This document shows positions 9,679-19,093 of a DNA stretch of 32,000 bases, piece after piece (within the stretch, counting starts at the first letter, position 1; every line of letters begins with the position of its first letter). The notes beneath the pieces are model-generated. The model saw only the letters and a program-made list of their open reading frames with translations. It searched no databases and was not told the DNA's origin. The DNA comes from Candidatus Paracaedimonas acanthamoebae (GTDB taxonomy: Bacteria; Pseudomonadota; Alphaproteobacteria; Caedimonadales; Caedimonadaceae). Position numbers and translations under genes: made by a program. The DNA lies in NCBI GenBank assembly GCA_000743035.1, contig CP008936.1:180001-212000 (forward strand). The letters run 5' to 3'.

Positions 9679-10845
9679 ATGCAATATTTTATGAAAAAAT
9701 TGAAGGTGATAGGTTTACTGATTCCCTCGATTCTTATGGGAGAAGCGGGAGGATCAGAAATTCATGAAAATCAGGCAAACGAGCCTAGAAAATTAAGTCT
9801 CTATTCGCGGTATAGTGATTTTACAACTCTTTCAACTGATGAATACATTAGAGCCTGTATGCCTAAACTAGCTGAAGACAAACCGGGCGCAGAGGCAGGT
9901 AAACGGCTTCTAACAGCGCATACAATTTATACGCGTTTATGTGAAGGAATGCAAAGCCCTATAAAAGAAGATGATCAAGAAGCATCATTCAATAATCTTG
10001 AAAAGATTTTATCAGAAGGAGGTTATAGTTTCCCTCCTCGTAAAGAAATACAAGGTCCATTTCTGTATTACTGTGGAAATGGGCCAAAAAAGAGAGTGCT
10101 TGATATAGGTGCAGGTAATGGCTCAGACACACTTCCGCTTTTAATGACCCATAATGTCCAAGTCATTGCAGTAGATATCCATGAGCGCCAATTAAAAGAA
10201 TTAAAGGCATTTGTTTTAGAAAAATTTAAGGATATCTTTCCAGAATTAACAACATCCAATAAATTTGGGGCATTTACAAGAAACTTTGCAGATCAAACGG
10301 CGGAAGTTCCTCAAAAATATAAAAATAAGTTTGAAGCTGTAAATCTTAGTCGTGTTTTACATTTTCTAAACGGGGAACAAACAAAAACAATGCTGTCTAA
10401 TATTGCGACGATGATGAAAGAAGGCGGTCTTCTTTCTTTAACAGTTTCAACTATCAAGCCTGGCTCAAAAGAAGAGAAGTGGATTGATAGCCAGAAAAAC
10501 TTAGGATTAGAGAATCCCGGCCTTGTTTATTACGATACAATTAAGCGCATTAGAAAACATCCTATCTTAGGCAGACAAGATTATGCATTGCCTGGGGAGG
10601 TTAATTTAGTTGATCGTAAAGAGTGCCAGCTCCCAGACCCCGGCCACAAGATAGAATTTGCCATGGAAACGGCAGCAGTTAATTCAGTACCTGCTATAAT
10701 CCATACTTTAAGGCAAGGGCGCCACTATCATACGCTTGAAAGTATAAAGCCATTCTTAGATCCTTATTTTGTAATTAAAGATCACACAATTTACGACTAT
10801 GATGGTGAAGATATCTTTCTTGCTCTCATTGCTGAACGGAAATAA
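9679..10845 (+). CDS. Class I SAM-dependent methyltransferase with N-terminal signal peptide
   Basis: The ATG at 9679 is preferred (AAGGAGG SD at 9666-9672), giving MQYFMKKLKVIGLLIPSILMGEAGG. Motif I VLDIGAGNGSD, post-I acidic residue (IAVDI), and motif II/III-like FEAVNLSRVLHFL and MKEGGLLSLTV. Confidence 0.7.
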   Translation: MQYFMKKLKVIGLLIPSILMGEAGGSEIHENQANEPRKLSLYSRYSDFTTLSTDEYIRACMPKLAEDKPGAEAGKRLLTAHTIYTRLCEGMQSPIKEDDQEASFNNLEKILSEGGYSFPPRKEIQGPFLYYCGNGPKKRVLDIGAGNGSDTLPLLMTHNVQVIAVDIHERQLKELKAFVLEKFKDIFPELTTSNKFGAFTRNFADQTAEVPQKYKNKFEAVNLSRVLHFLNGEQTKTMLSNIATMMKEGGLLSLTVSTIKPGSKEEKWIDSQKNLGLENPGLVYYDTIKRIRKHPILGRQDYALPGEVNLVDRKECQLPDPGHKIEFAMETAAVNSVPAIIHTLRQGRHYHTLESIKPFLDPYFVIKDHTIYDYDGEDIFLALIAERK

Positions 10846-10880
10846 ATACAATCAGAATAGGCTCACTACGCTCACTTCCA

Positions 10881-10906
10881 GCGCCACCCTTTTGGGTGGC
10901 GTTTTT
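10881..10906 (+). terminator. Rho-independent terminator after the methyltransferase gene
   Basis: GCGCCACCC-TTTT-GGGTGGCG followed by T5. The stem sequence is identical to the rpsI terminator. Confidence 0.7.
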
Positions 10907-11086
10907 CATTATGTCGAACGAATTATTTTGTATTTGAGGTGCCACTGCGCTTCATTGAAGGGAGGCATGATGTTGTTCTAGTTAGTTACACACTTTTTAA
11001 GGCAGGGATTAACTGACTTTTACAAGAGAATTCCAGATTGGTTTGCAAACGAGGAGTAAAGGCTTAGAGCTCTATTTTCAGGTAGG

Positions 11087-11113
11087 CCGCATTAAGCTTC
11101 ATGCTTAATGCGG
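11087..11113. terminator. Hairpin between convergent genes (possible terminator for the 798-aa gene)
   Basis: CCGCATTAAGC-TTCAT-GCTTAATGCGG, an 11-bp perfect stem 22 nt downstream of the stop at 11135. The T-tract is weak on both strands. Confidence 0.45.
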
Positions 11114-11134
11114 TTTATGCAAAGAAAAATATGC

Positions 11135-13531
11135 TCAGATACCTGATTCTGTGTCATAATCATCGTTTAGGAGTAAAGGAGCGTTTTCCTCATCTTCTTG
11201 GGAAGGAAGATAATCTGGTGAAAAATGGTCTTTTAGCCACCCTTTAAGATACTGAAATTTGGAGGTATTTACATTGAGAGATGCAGCTTTCCCGCTAGAA
11301 GATGCAGGAGCATGATCAAATTCTTCTTTTCTCAAAGAATCACCTTGAGCATTTCTCTGTTTGTCCAGGAAGATTAAACTTTCCAATTCTGAAAGCCCTT
11401 CTTTATTAAGACGATCAACACTTTTCAATAGGACTTCAAGCAAGCCGATAAGTCTTTGTTGATGAGAATAAAGCTTTTCTGTCCATATTGTCATTTGCTT
11501 CCCACGACGCCATAAGGCTTGGTAGGCACGATCTTGCAAGTGCATAAAGGATAAAGTTTCAAATAAAGCAAACGGCAGAAGTGCACTATATTTCACCCAG
11601 GGGAAGTGAGTATTAATATTCGTAAAAATATTGCCGTAAGGCTCATTTTGTTGATTGCGGTATTCGGAATATTCAACAAAGCCATAGGCCCATGCAGTTA
11701 AGATGAGAACCCCTGTATAAGCAGTGCGCCAGGATGCAAACTGGACTAAAGAAAGCCGATCTCCAGAGAGCTTAGTCTTAAATTGGGAGATAGGGCTTAT
11801 AAACATTCTCTTTAAAGCGTTGAGAATATCTCTCGATTCAGCAAAGGCAATCCATCCACCAGCCCCACTTCCAAATATTGCGGCTAATGAGCGGTTCTTT
11901 GTAGCTTCCCCTCCCAAAATACGGGCAAACAAGGGACTTTCAGACATTACTTCTAGGCTTTGTGTCAGAACAGTGGCTAACCCCCAAGTGGCGAAAAACG
12001 GTATGGCATATGAAAAACCACGCAGAACTTTAGAGTCATGAGGATCGTCGCCTAAGGTGCTAAATTGCCTAACAAAGCTATATAATTCATTATGGGCAAT
12101 AGAGGGTGATCGAGGCTCTACCCAATTTTCTTCTTTAATTGTTTGAGCGAAAGAGCTCTCTTCATTAAATGAACTTGCCTTTCGTTCCGTTCTAATAAGG
12201 GAGCTTTCTTCATTCTCGAGAGACATTACTTCTTCAGAAAAAGGATTTATTGAACTTGATGAACTAAAACCATCTTCTTCTTCTGTTTTCTCAGGAGAGC
12301 GGGGAGGCTTCTTTGTGGAAATTAGTATTGGTGCTAAACTAGTACTTGGATCTGCTGCATCTGGTACAAAAAGAGGATAAGAGCTATCTTCAACTCTTAC
12401 GGTACCACAAGCTCGTTTTTTTCTTGGAGGATAATCAGAAGCTTTTGAACTAGATGAGCTTGTCTCCTCACTTGATTCGTTGCTTGCACTCATCTGCTCT
12501 TTTTTTTCCTGTGGAATTTCTTCATCCAAATTTGATAAAGCTTGACCAGGAAGAATAGTTTTAATAAGTCTACGTAAAATATTTCTATCGTCGAGATCTT
12601 CTAAATCCAATTTTTTTACATATGCAATGGCGTTGTGTATCATCTTTTTAAGATGCTGCCGACGGTGAGCAGTTTCTTTATCGTAGTGCTCTTCAATCCG
12701 TTCAATAAACGTGCCTATCCTGCTATGACCTGTCATCACTTTATCGGTCATAATTGATACGAGTAGAAAAGGAGCAAAAAAATTAAAAAAATGTGGGAAA
12801 TGCGGCATTTCAATTTTGTAAAGATAACTTAAGGTAATTAGAGAGTAAATGAATGCTGAACCGACATTTATAATCTCGAGAGCACCATACCCTAACGCTT
12901 GAGGGGTACTCATTTTTCGAGAAATGTGTTTGTTAGCTTCCTTGATCTTTTCTTGGTCCTTTGTGAGTTTTATTTGGAGGGTGTTTTCTTCTAGTTCGTC
13001 ATCAATTTTTGTTTTTATACAACGTTGTTTTATTTTGGAAGCCTTATCTACCACGGTATCTATAAGAGTGTTGTTCGTTGCTTTTAAAAAAAATTTATAA
13101 ATTGTGTACATGAATGCTGCTGCCCCAGTTCCAAACATCCAATGAGAGGCCGACGTTGCCTCGTAAAAGGCATTTTCAGTTCCAACTCCCAATTTTGGGA
13201 TACCAAGTGCTGGAAACAGCGTTTTCGCATTGATAGGTTCCCATGCAAGTAGAGCGAAAAGCCCAAGAATTGTAGAAAATATAAGCAAGACAACGGTACC
13301 AGGTTTGAACCCTTTTAGGGTATATTTTTCTTCGTATTCCTCTGTTATGTGATAGTTTATTGCTGCTTTTGGGGCAGAAATCTTGCCACGCTTTGCAATT
13401 TCTTGTTGGTCTAAGTCTTCTTGTTCGATTATAGAAGAGGCTCTCGCTGTATTAGCGCACGAAGTTAAAATATTGGTGAAAAATATATTGAAAATGAGGC
13501 AATAACAAATCACCTTCTTAAACTTTGACAT
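11135..13531 (-). CDS. Large polytopic membrane protein of unknown family, internally duplicated, with a Ser/Glu-rich central linker
   Basis: 798-aa ORF with an SD-like AGGGGG upstream. It has several hydrophobic helices in each half and a low-complexity acidic/serine linker (SASNESSEETSSSSSKASDYPPRKKRACG...). No recognisable enzyme motif. Confidence 0.75.
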   Translation of the reverse strand: MSKFKKVICYCLIFNIFFTNILTSCANTARASSIIEQEDLDQQEIAKRGKISAPKAAINYHITEEYEEKYTLKGFKPGTVVLLIFSTILGLFALLAWEPINAKTLFPALGIPKLGVGTENAFYEATSASHWMFGTGAAAFMYTIYKFFLKATNNTLIDTVVDKASKIKQRCIKTKIDDELEENTLQIKLTKDQEKIKEANKHISRKMSTPQALGYGALEIINVGSAFIYSLITLSYLYKIEMPHFPHFFNFFAPFLLVSIMTDKVMTGHSRIGTFIERIEEHYDKETAHRRQHLKKMIHNAIAYVKKLDLEDLDDRNILRRLIKTILPGQALSNLDEEIPQEKKEQMSASNESSEETSSSSSKASDYPPRKKRACGTVRVEDSSYPLFVPDAADPSTSLAPILISTKKPPRSPEKTEEEDGFSSSSSINPFSEEVMSLENEESSLIRTERKASSFNEESSFAQTIKEENWVEPRSPSIAHNELYSFVRQFSTLGDDPHDSKVLRGFSYAIPFFATWGLATVLTQSLEVMSESPLFARILGGEATKNRSLAAIFGSGAGGWIAFAESRDILNALKRMFISPISQFKTKLSGDRLSLVQFASWRTAYTGVLILTAWAYGFVEYSEYRNQQNEPYGNIFTNINTHFPWVKYSALLPFALFETLSFMHLQDRAYQALWRRGKQMTIWTEKLYSHQQRLIGLLEVLLKSVDRLNKEGLSELESLIFLDKQRNAQGDSLRKEEFDHAPASSSGKAASLNVNTSKFQYLKGWLKDHFSPDYLPSQEDEENAPLLLNDDYDTESGI

Positions 13532-13573
13532 CGTGCATCCCCCTAGAATTTATTATTTTTAAGTAATGTAATA

Positions 13574-13604
13574 GGGTGGCTCTAAGCAAGTTTTAAAGCC
13601 ACCC
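13574..13604 (-). terminator. Hairpin downstream of the 184-aa secreted-protein gene
   Basis: GGGTGGCT-(15 nt)-AGCCACCC, an 8-bp stem. The large loop and weak T-tract make it only a possible terminator. Confidence 0.35.
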
Positions 13605-13615
13605 AAAATTATCTA

Positions 13616-14170
13616 TTAACTTGGAAACCAAGGGTTGTTGTAGTTTGGCTCGTCTGAATCATCAATGAGCAGAGAAAGTGTGCCTTTCTTTAACGTGAGG
13701 GTTCCCTCTATCAATTCCGTAGCAGAAACAGGCTGATTATTTTTAAGGAAAGCCTTATCTCCTTGCGGCGCCAAAGGCATTGCCGTCAATGTAAGGGCAT
13801 TGCTTGTTGAATCAGCCTTGGGAATATCAAAGATCATTTGATAAGAATTTCCCTTTTGGTCTGAGAAAACAAGCGTTGCATTAGGAGCGCTCTTATTGAA
13901 TGAATGTCCGTTTTTCCATAAAGTGCAAAACTGATTTAATGTTAAGGTTTTAGTTTCCCCTTTATTTTTTGGCTTAAAAAGAATTGATGGTTGGGTAACT
14001 TGGCAGGTATATTGTTGAGATTGACCAACTGGGTTTAAGCTAATTCCTTGTGCAGTAATAATAAAGTCTCCTTTCTGGTTACCTTCCTGAATATGAGCAT
14101 AACCACTCCCATGAAAGCCGCCGATCATGATTAAAAGGACAGATAGTTGACGAATGAATTTTCTTAACAT
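13616..14170 (-). CDS. Small secreted protein, unknown family (paralogue A)
   Basis: 184 aa with a signal peptide (LLIMIGGFHGSGYA) and an SD GGAG upstream. The C-terminal region reads TLTLKKGTLSLLIDD. Confidence 0.7.
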   Translation of the reverse strand: MLRKFIRQLSVLLIMIGGFHGSGYAHIQEGNQKGDFIITAQGISLNPVGQSQQYTCQVTQPSILFKPKNKGETKTLTLNQFCTLWKNGHSFNKSAPNATLVFSDQKGNSYQMIFDIPKADSTSNALTLTAMPLAPQGDKAFLKNNQPVSATELIEGTLTLKKGTLSLLIDDSDEPNYNNPWFPS

Positions 14171-14298
14171 TTTAGAACTCCCCTAATTCTTGTACGGTTC
14201 AAAATTGCCAATTATTTTATTTGGTTAACAATTCTTAATTTTTTTTAAGTCATAATCAAGGCAAAAAATAGAAGAATTTAAAATAAAAAGGACAAGCA

Positions 14299-14814
14299 TT
14301 GAAAGCGCTATTCAAAAAATTCATTTTTTTTTGTTTCCTTGGCAACGCACAGCATGTCGCTGCAAGCGTTCATACATTTGTATCCCAAGACGTGAGAGAA
14401 AGGCTAGTCTGTAATACAAATAGTCTTTATTTTGCAATTGATATCCCTAATTTTACAATTTATTCTGATCAGAATAGTAGCGTTAAGACGGTTCATATAC
14501 ATCTTCATCTTAACAGGGTAACATTTCCTGTTTTTTATGATCGTCCTATCCGTAAAATTTTTCAAACGACTATCGAAGAAATTTTGGCATATCTCTATTG
14601 TTCAAATAAAAGAGATTTAACGCTTACGCTTATGGTTCCCTTAGAAAATAAATCTCTTCCACTGGCCTTTCGTGTACGGAAGAGTGCTTATCATGCTGAC
14701 TTGCGAAAAATAGAATTTATTGCAGAGCTTGTTGCCTCCCCAGCCCTTGAGTTTTTGCAGCAAACTTCGCTTCCTTTCAAGGGTGGTTCTAGTTCTTTAT
14801 TGATTGATGGTTAA
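14299..14814 (+). CDS. Small secreted protein, unknown family (paralogue B)
   Basis: 171 aa with a TTG start preceded by AAAAGGA and a signal peptide (FFCFLGNAQHVAA). The C-terminus reads LPFKGGSSSLLIDG. Confidence 0.6.
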   Translation: MKALFKKFIFFCFLGNAQHVAASVHTFVSQDVRERLVCNTNSLYFAIDIPNFTIYSDQNSSVKTVHIHLHLNRVTFPVFYDRPIRKIFQTTIEEILAYLYCSNKRDLTLTLMVPLENKSLPLAFRVRKSAYHADLRKIEFIAELVASPALEFLQQTSLPFKGGSSSLLIDG

Positions 14815-14879
14815 TCATACTTGCGGCTAAGCATTATTCCTTGATATGGTAGGGGGAATTTTTCAAGTAAGGTGGTTTT

Positions 14880-15563
14880 ATGGTTAATTTCTTAGCAGGT
14901 GCTTTTATAACACTATTTGTCATCATTGATCCGTTCGGAGTTATTCCTGTTTTTATTGCTCTCACTCGGGGAAATTCAAAGGCGCAACGGGCTAAGATTG
15001 CAAGCAAAGCTACAATTATTTCTTTAATCCTTTTGCTTCTTTTCGCATTTGTGGGAGATTATCTACTTGATTCTTTAGGAATTTCAATACCATCTTTTCG
15101 TATTGCTGGGGGAATTTTGCTTTTGCTTGCCGCCATTGATATGGTGGTGGCCCGCCATTCCGGGATTAGTTCAACGACACAAGATGAACAACGCGAAGCC
15201 TTACAACGCGATGATATTTCTGTTTTTCCTTTGGCTATTCCTTTGATCGCAGGACCGGGTGCTCTTGTTTCTGCAGTTATCCTCATGCGAGAAGTTGAGG
15301 GAGATCTTATCATGCAGCTAGGACTTATTGCTGTTTTGGTGCTTGTTGTTTTGATCATGTATGTTTGTTTATTGTTAGCTGAGCCCCTTAGCAAGTTGTT
15401 AGGGGTGACGGGCAGCAACGTTTTGGGACGTGTTTTTGGAATTATTTTGGCGGCTCTCGCAGTACAATTTATTATTGATGGATTAGGTCAAAGTGTTGGG
15501 CATATTTTAAAGCCCTGGAATTCTACTCAACCAAGTGAGAAATGGCCTCTTTTTGGGAAATAA
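14880..15563 (+). CDS. marC: MarC family (UPF0056) integral membrane protein
   Basis: 227 aa, about 6 TM helices. The N-terminal FITLFVIIDPFGVIPVF motif is typical of MarC/NAAT proteins. Confidence 0.85.
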   Translation: MVNFLAGAFITLFVIIDPFGVIPVFIALTRGNSKAQRAKIASKATIISLILLLLFAFVGDYLLDSLGISIPSFRIAGGILLLLAAIDMVVARHSGISSTTQDEQREALQRDDISVFPLAIPLIAGPGALVSAVILMREVEGDLIMQLGLIAVLVLVVLIMYVCLLLAEPLSKLLGVTGSNVLGRVFGIILAALAVQFIIDGLGQSVGHILKPWNSTQPSEKWPLFGK

Positions 15564-15566
15564 AAC

Positions 15567-16700
15567 CTAAACTTCAAAGTATCCAGTTAAGATTTTTTCA
15601 TAAATCTGTGTTAACGTTTCAAGATCTGCAAGCGAGACACACTCATTAATCTTATGGGCTGTTTGATTACGCAAGCCGAGTTCAAGAACAGGACAATATT
15701 TATAAATAAAACGTGCATCAGACGTGCCGCCTGATGTATTTGCCGTGACCTTGATGGCGGCAACGGCCTCAATAGCTTGAATGACCATCGTAAGAAATGC
15801 ATCTGCCGAGCTAACAAAGGCTTCAGCATTTCCTTGAAAGTCAAGCGTATGAGATCCTGCATGATGCTGACAAATCTCTTGGATATGGCTTTTAAGAGAA
15901 ATGCTTGTATGAAGTGTATTAAAACGGATATTAAAGCGGGCTGTGGCTTCTTGAGGGATCATATTGGTTGCCTGATTACCAACATCAATCGAAGTAATCT
16001 CAAGGTTGGACGGCTGAAAATGAGGGCATCCTTGATCCAACGGTGAGGCTACAAATGTCGATAGTGTTTCAATAAGACGTGGAAGAGGGTTATCTGCCAG
16101 GGCCGGATAAGCTACGTGGCCTTGCGTTCCTCGTACTTTGAGGAAAGTATTGAGGCTCCCACGGCTCCCATATTTAATGATATCACCGACTTGTTGGTCT
16201 GACGTAGGTTCTCCGACGAGACACACATCCAATTTTTCACCTTTTGACTCTAGCCATTCAAGCATTTTAAGAGTTCCATTGATAGCAGGCCCTTCTTCAT
16301 CGCTCGTAATCAGAAGGCTAATAGAGCCATTTAACGAGGATTTCTTAAGGAAACGAGCGATGGCTCCGATAAAAGCACCAATTCCACCTTTCATATCAAC
16401 AGCACCACGGCCATAAAGGATATCGTTAACTATTTTCCCGCCAAAAGGAGGATATGTCCATGAAGCCTGAGTCCCTGTTGGAACCACGTCAATATGGCCG
16501 GCAAAGCAGAAGTTTGGGCTCTGTTCTCCAACTCTGGCATAAAGATTATCAACCTCGTCAAATTGTTGGCGATAACAATTAAAACCAAGGGTTTTTAAAG
16601 TGGTTTCAATGATTTCTAAAGCCCCCGCATTTAAGGGCGTAACACTCGGGCATTGAATTAAACGCTGCGTTAAGATAATGGGGTCTTGTAGGTCCATCAC
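15567..16700 (-). CDS. dapE: Succinyl-diaminopimelate desuccinylase
   Basis: 377 aa, M20 peptidase blocks (FAGHIDVVP, GRGAVDMKG, SDEEGPA). Translationally coupled downstream of dapD. Confidence 0.92.
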   Translation of the reverse strand: MMDLQDPIILTQRLIQCPSVTPLNAGALEIIETTLKTLGFNCYRQQFDEVDNLYARVGEQSPNFCFAGHIDVVPTGTQASWTYPPFGGKIVNDILYGRGAVDMKGGIGAFIGAIARFLKKSSLNGSISLLITSDEEGPAINGTLKMLEWLESKGEKLDVCLVGEPTSDQQVGDIIKYGSRGSLNTFLKVRGTQGHVAYPALADNPLPRLIETLSTFVASPLDQGCPHFQPSNLEITSIDVGNQATNMIPQEATARFNIRFNTLHTSISLKSHIQEICQHHAGSHTLDFQGNAEAFVSSADAFLTMVIQAIEAVAAIKVTANTSGGTSDARFIYKYCPVLELGLRNQTAHKINECVSLADLETLTQIYEKILTGYFEV

Positions 16701-17533
16701 ACAGCCCTCAAAAGCTCATTAATAGCTGTTTTGTTGCGAGTTTTCTCATCAACAGTTTTAACAATAACAGCACAGTTTAAATGTGGTTGTAGGTCATGAG
16801 ATGTAGGAACACGAGGTGGTAAGCTTCCACTTACAACAACAGAATAGGTGGGGATGCGTCCATAACTCACCTCGCCACTTGTGCGATCGACAATAGGCGT
16901 TGAAGCACTTATTGAGACGCCCATACCAAGGATAGCTCCTTGTTCAATAATGAGACCTTCTGCAACCGAGCTTCCGGCACCGATAAAACAATTATCTTCA
17001 ATAATAACAGGGTCTGCTTGTAAAGGCTCAAGGACGCCTCCAATGAGAACATTGGCAGAAATATGGCATTTTTCGCCTATTTGAGCACATGAACCAATGG
17101 TGGCCCAACTATCAACCATAGTGCCAGCACCAATATAAGCTCCGACATTGACAAAACTAGGCATTAAAATAACGTCAGGTCCCACATAAGCTGAATGACG
17201 AACAATCGCCCCGGGAACAGCACGAAAGTTAGCCGCTTTAAACTCTTCTTCTTGCCATGTCCCATATTTAAGGGGGACTTTATCATAAGAACCTCCTATA
17301 CCTTCTGATAAGGCTAAGTTTGGGCGAATTCGAAAAGACAGCAAGATCGCTTTTTTAAGCCATTGATGGATGTGCCAATCGCCATCAATTTTCTCGGCAA
17401 TGCGACTTTCTCCTGTATCGAGTGCAGCAAGAGTCGCGCTGATAGCTTCTTGAAGATCTTGAGAGGCTGAAGCTGGGTTGAGCAAAGTACGATCTTCCCA
17501 GGCTTGTTCAATAATGGTTTGTAGCGCGATCAT
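16697..17533 (-). CDS. dapD: 2,3,4,5-tetrahydropyridine-2,6-dicarboxylate N-succinyltransferase
   Basis: 278 aa with hexapeptide-repeat left-handed beta-helix sequence (GAYIGAGTMVDSWATIGSCAQIGEKCHISANVLIGGVLEP). ATGA overlap with dapE. Confidence 0.92.
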   Translation of the reverse strand: MIALQTIIEQAWEDRTLLNPASASQDLQEAISATLAALDTGESRIAEKIDGDWHIHQWLKKAILLSFRIRPNLALSEGIGGSYDKVPLKYGTWQEEEFKAANFRAVPGAIVRHSAYVGPDVILMPSFVNVGAYIGAGTMVDSWATIGSCAQIGEKCHISANVLIGGVLEPLQADPVIIEDNCFIGAGSSVAEGLIIEQGAILGMGVSISASTPIVDRTSGEVSYGRIPTYSVVVSGSLPPRVPTSHDLQPHLNCAVIVKTVDEKTRNKTAINELLRAV

Positions 17534-17561
17534 ACTTTGTCCTTATTATATGAGATCTTAA

Positions 17562-17966
17562 TTAATTAACTTTAATATTATATTTAGCAACACTTCCAGC
17601 GAATAATTCTAAGACAGCTTTTATAGGTTTTTGAGAGCAGATGAGTTTTTGAGAAAGAGGTTTGGCATTTTCATAAATCTGAATAATTTTGTCTTGTGAA
17701 TCAATGAAGATAAGATCGAAAGAGATATAAGTATTTTTCATCCAAAACCTTGCGATTTGTGGCTGATCATAGAGAAACAGCATTCCATGGTTATGCTGGA
17801 GGTATTTACGAAACATAAGACCATGCTTTTTCTGTATTGCTGTTGATGCAGTTTCTGCAATAAATTTAATTTGTTGTGTAGCAGTTATAATCGTCACAAT
17901 TCGAGATTCTTCAGCAAATAGAGATCCATAGGTGAGAAAGTAGAAAAGAAAAAAATAAAGTTTCAC
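17562..17966 (-). CDS. DUF192 domain protein
   Basis: 134 aa with a GTG start overlapping the mnmA stop (GTGA), a signal peptide and the HGLMFR motif typical of DUF192. Confidence 0.75.
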   Translation of the reverse strand: MKLYFFLFYFLTYGSLFAEESRIVTIITATQQIKFIAETASTAIQKKHGLMFRKYLQHNHGMLFLYDQPQIARFWMKNTYISFDLIFIDSQDKIIQIYENAKPLSQKLICSQKPIKAVLELFAGSVAKYNIKVN

Positions 17967-19090
17967 GACCGTATTTCATATAACAAAGGTGCTTGGGTAA
18001 TCCAACCGCCACCAAGGACTTGATCACCATTATAAAAGACGCAAGCCTGTCCTGGAGAAACACCGTATTCTGGTTCTTTAAAGCGAACCTTTGCTTTGTG
18101 AGAAGAAGTTAATTCAAGAAACGCAGGAATAGGTTCTTGTGCAGAGCGAATTTTAACAAGGACTTTTCTCACTTTACCTGTCTCAAGCATCTCTCCAAGC
18201 CAATTAACATCTTTAAGATGGACTTCAGGGCAAGCTAAAGCTTCTTTAGGGCCAACAATCACTTGATGTTTTTCAGGATTTACTTTGATGACATATAAAG
18301 GAGTGCCTGTATCACTCGAAATACCTAACCCCTTGCGTTGTCCTATGGTGTAATTAATGATGCCTTGGTGATGACCAAGGACGCGGCCGTTGATATGCAC
18401 AATTTCTCCACTTTCAAGAGCGCCAGGGCGCAGACGTTCAACAACGCGCGCATAATCTCCATTGGGGACAAAACAAATATCTTGGCTGTCAGGTTTCTCA
18501 GCAACTTTCAACCCAAAACGTTCGGCATGCATGCGGACTTCGGGTTTATGCATTCCACCGAGAGGAAAGCGAAGGAACGAGAGTTGTTCTTTCGTTGTTG
18601 AAAATAAAAAGTAACTTTGATCACGATTTAAATCGACAGCACGGTGAAGCTCAGGTCCTGGCATCCAGCGGATATAATGCCCTGTTGCCAGCACTTCACC
18701 ACCCAAGTCGCGGGCCATCGTAAGAAGGTCTTTAAATTTTACTTCTTGGTTGCATTGTATGCAAGGAATAGGCGTTTCGCCTCGCAAATAACTATCTGCG
18801 AAATCTTCCATCACTGACTCTTGGAAGCGGCTTTCATAATCAAGAACATAATGGGGAATCCCAATTTGCTGCGCAACTTGGCGGGCATCATAAATGTCTT
18901 GACCTGCACAACAAGCTTTTTTGCGATCAACAGCCACCCCATGATCATAAAGTTGCATCGTAAGCCCAACAACATCATACCCTTGCTCTTTTAAAAGCGC
19001 AGCCGTGACAGAGCTATCTACACCACCTGACATGGCAACGACAACGCGCGTTTTAGAAGGTTCAGTTGAAAGGTAAAGGTAGTCTGTCAT
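17963..19090 (-). CDS. mnmA: tRNA 2-thiouridine(34) synthase
   Basis: 375 aa with the PP-loop [13 protein letters not shown] and conserved catalytic Cys regions (CIQCN, DICF). Confidence 0.95.
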   Translation of the reverse strand: MTDYLYLSTEPSKTRVVVAMSGGVDSSVTAALLKEQGYDVVGLTMQLYDHGVAVDRKKACCAGQDIYDARQVAQQIGIPHYVLDYESRFQESVMEDFADSYLRGETPIPCIQCNQEVKFKDLLTMARDLGGEVLATGHYIRWMPGPELHRAVDLNRDQSYFLFSTTKEQLSFLRFPLGGMHKPEVRMHAERFGLKVAEKPDSQDICFVPNGDYARVVERLRPGALESGEIVHINGRVLGHHQGIINYTIGQRKGLGISSDTGTPLYVIKVNPEKHQVIVGPKEALACPEVHLKDVNWLGEMLETGKVRKVLVKIRSAQEPIPAFLELTSSHKAKVRFKEPEYGVSPGQACVFYNGDQVLGGGWITQAPLLYEIRS

Positions 19091-19093
19091 GTC

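Noticed and set aside
10799..10981. 60-aa ORF spanning the end of the methyltransferase gene
   Set aside because: It overlaps the 3' end of the longer gene and reads through the terminator hairpin, so it is not plausible as coding.
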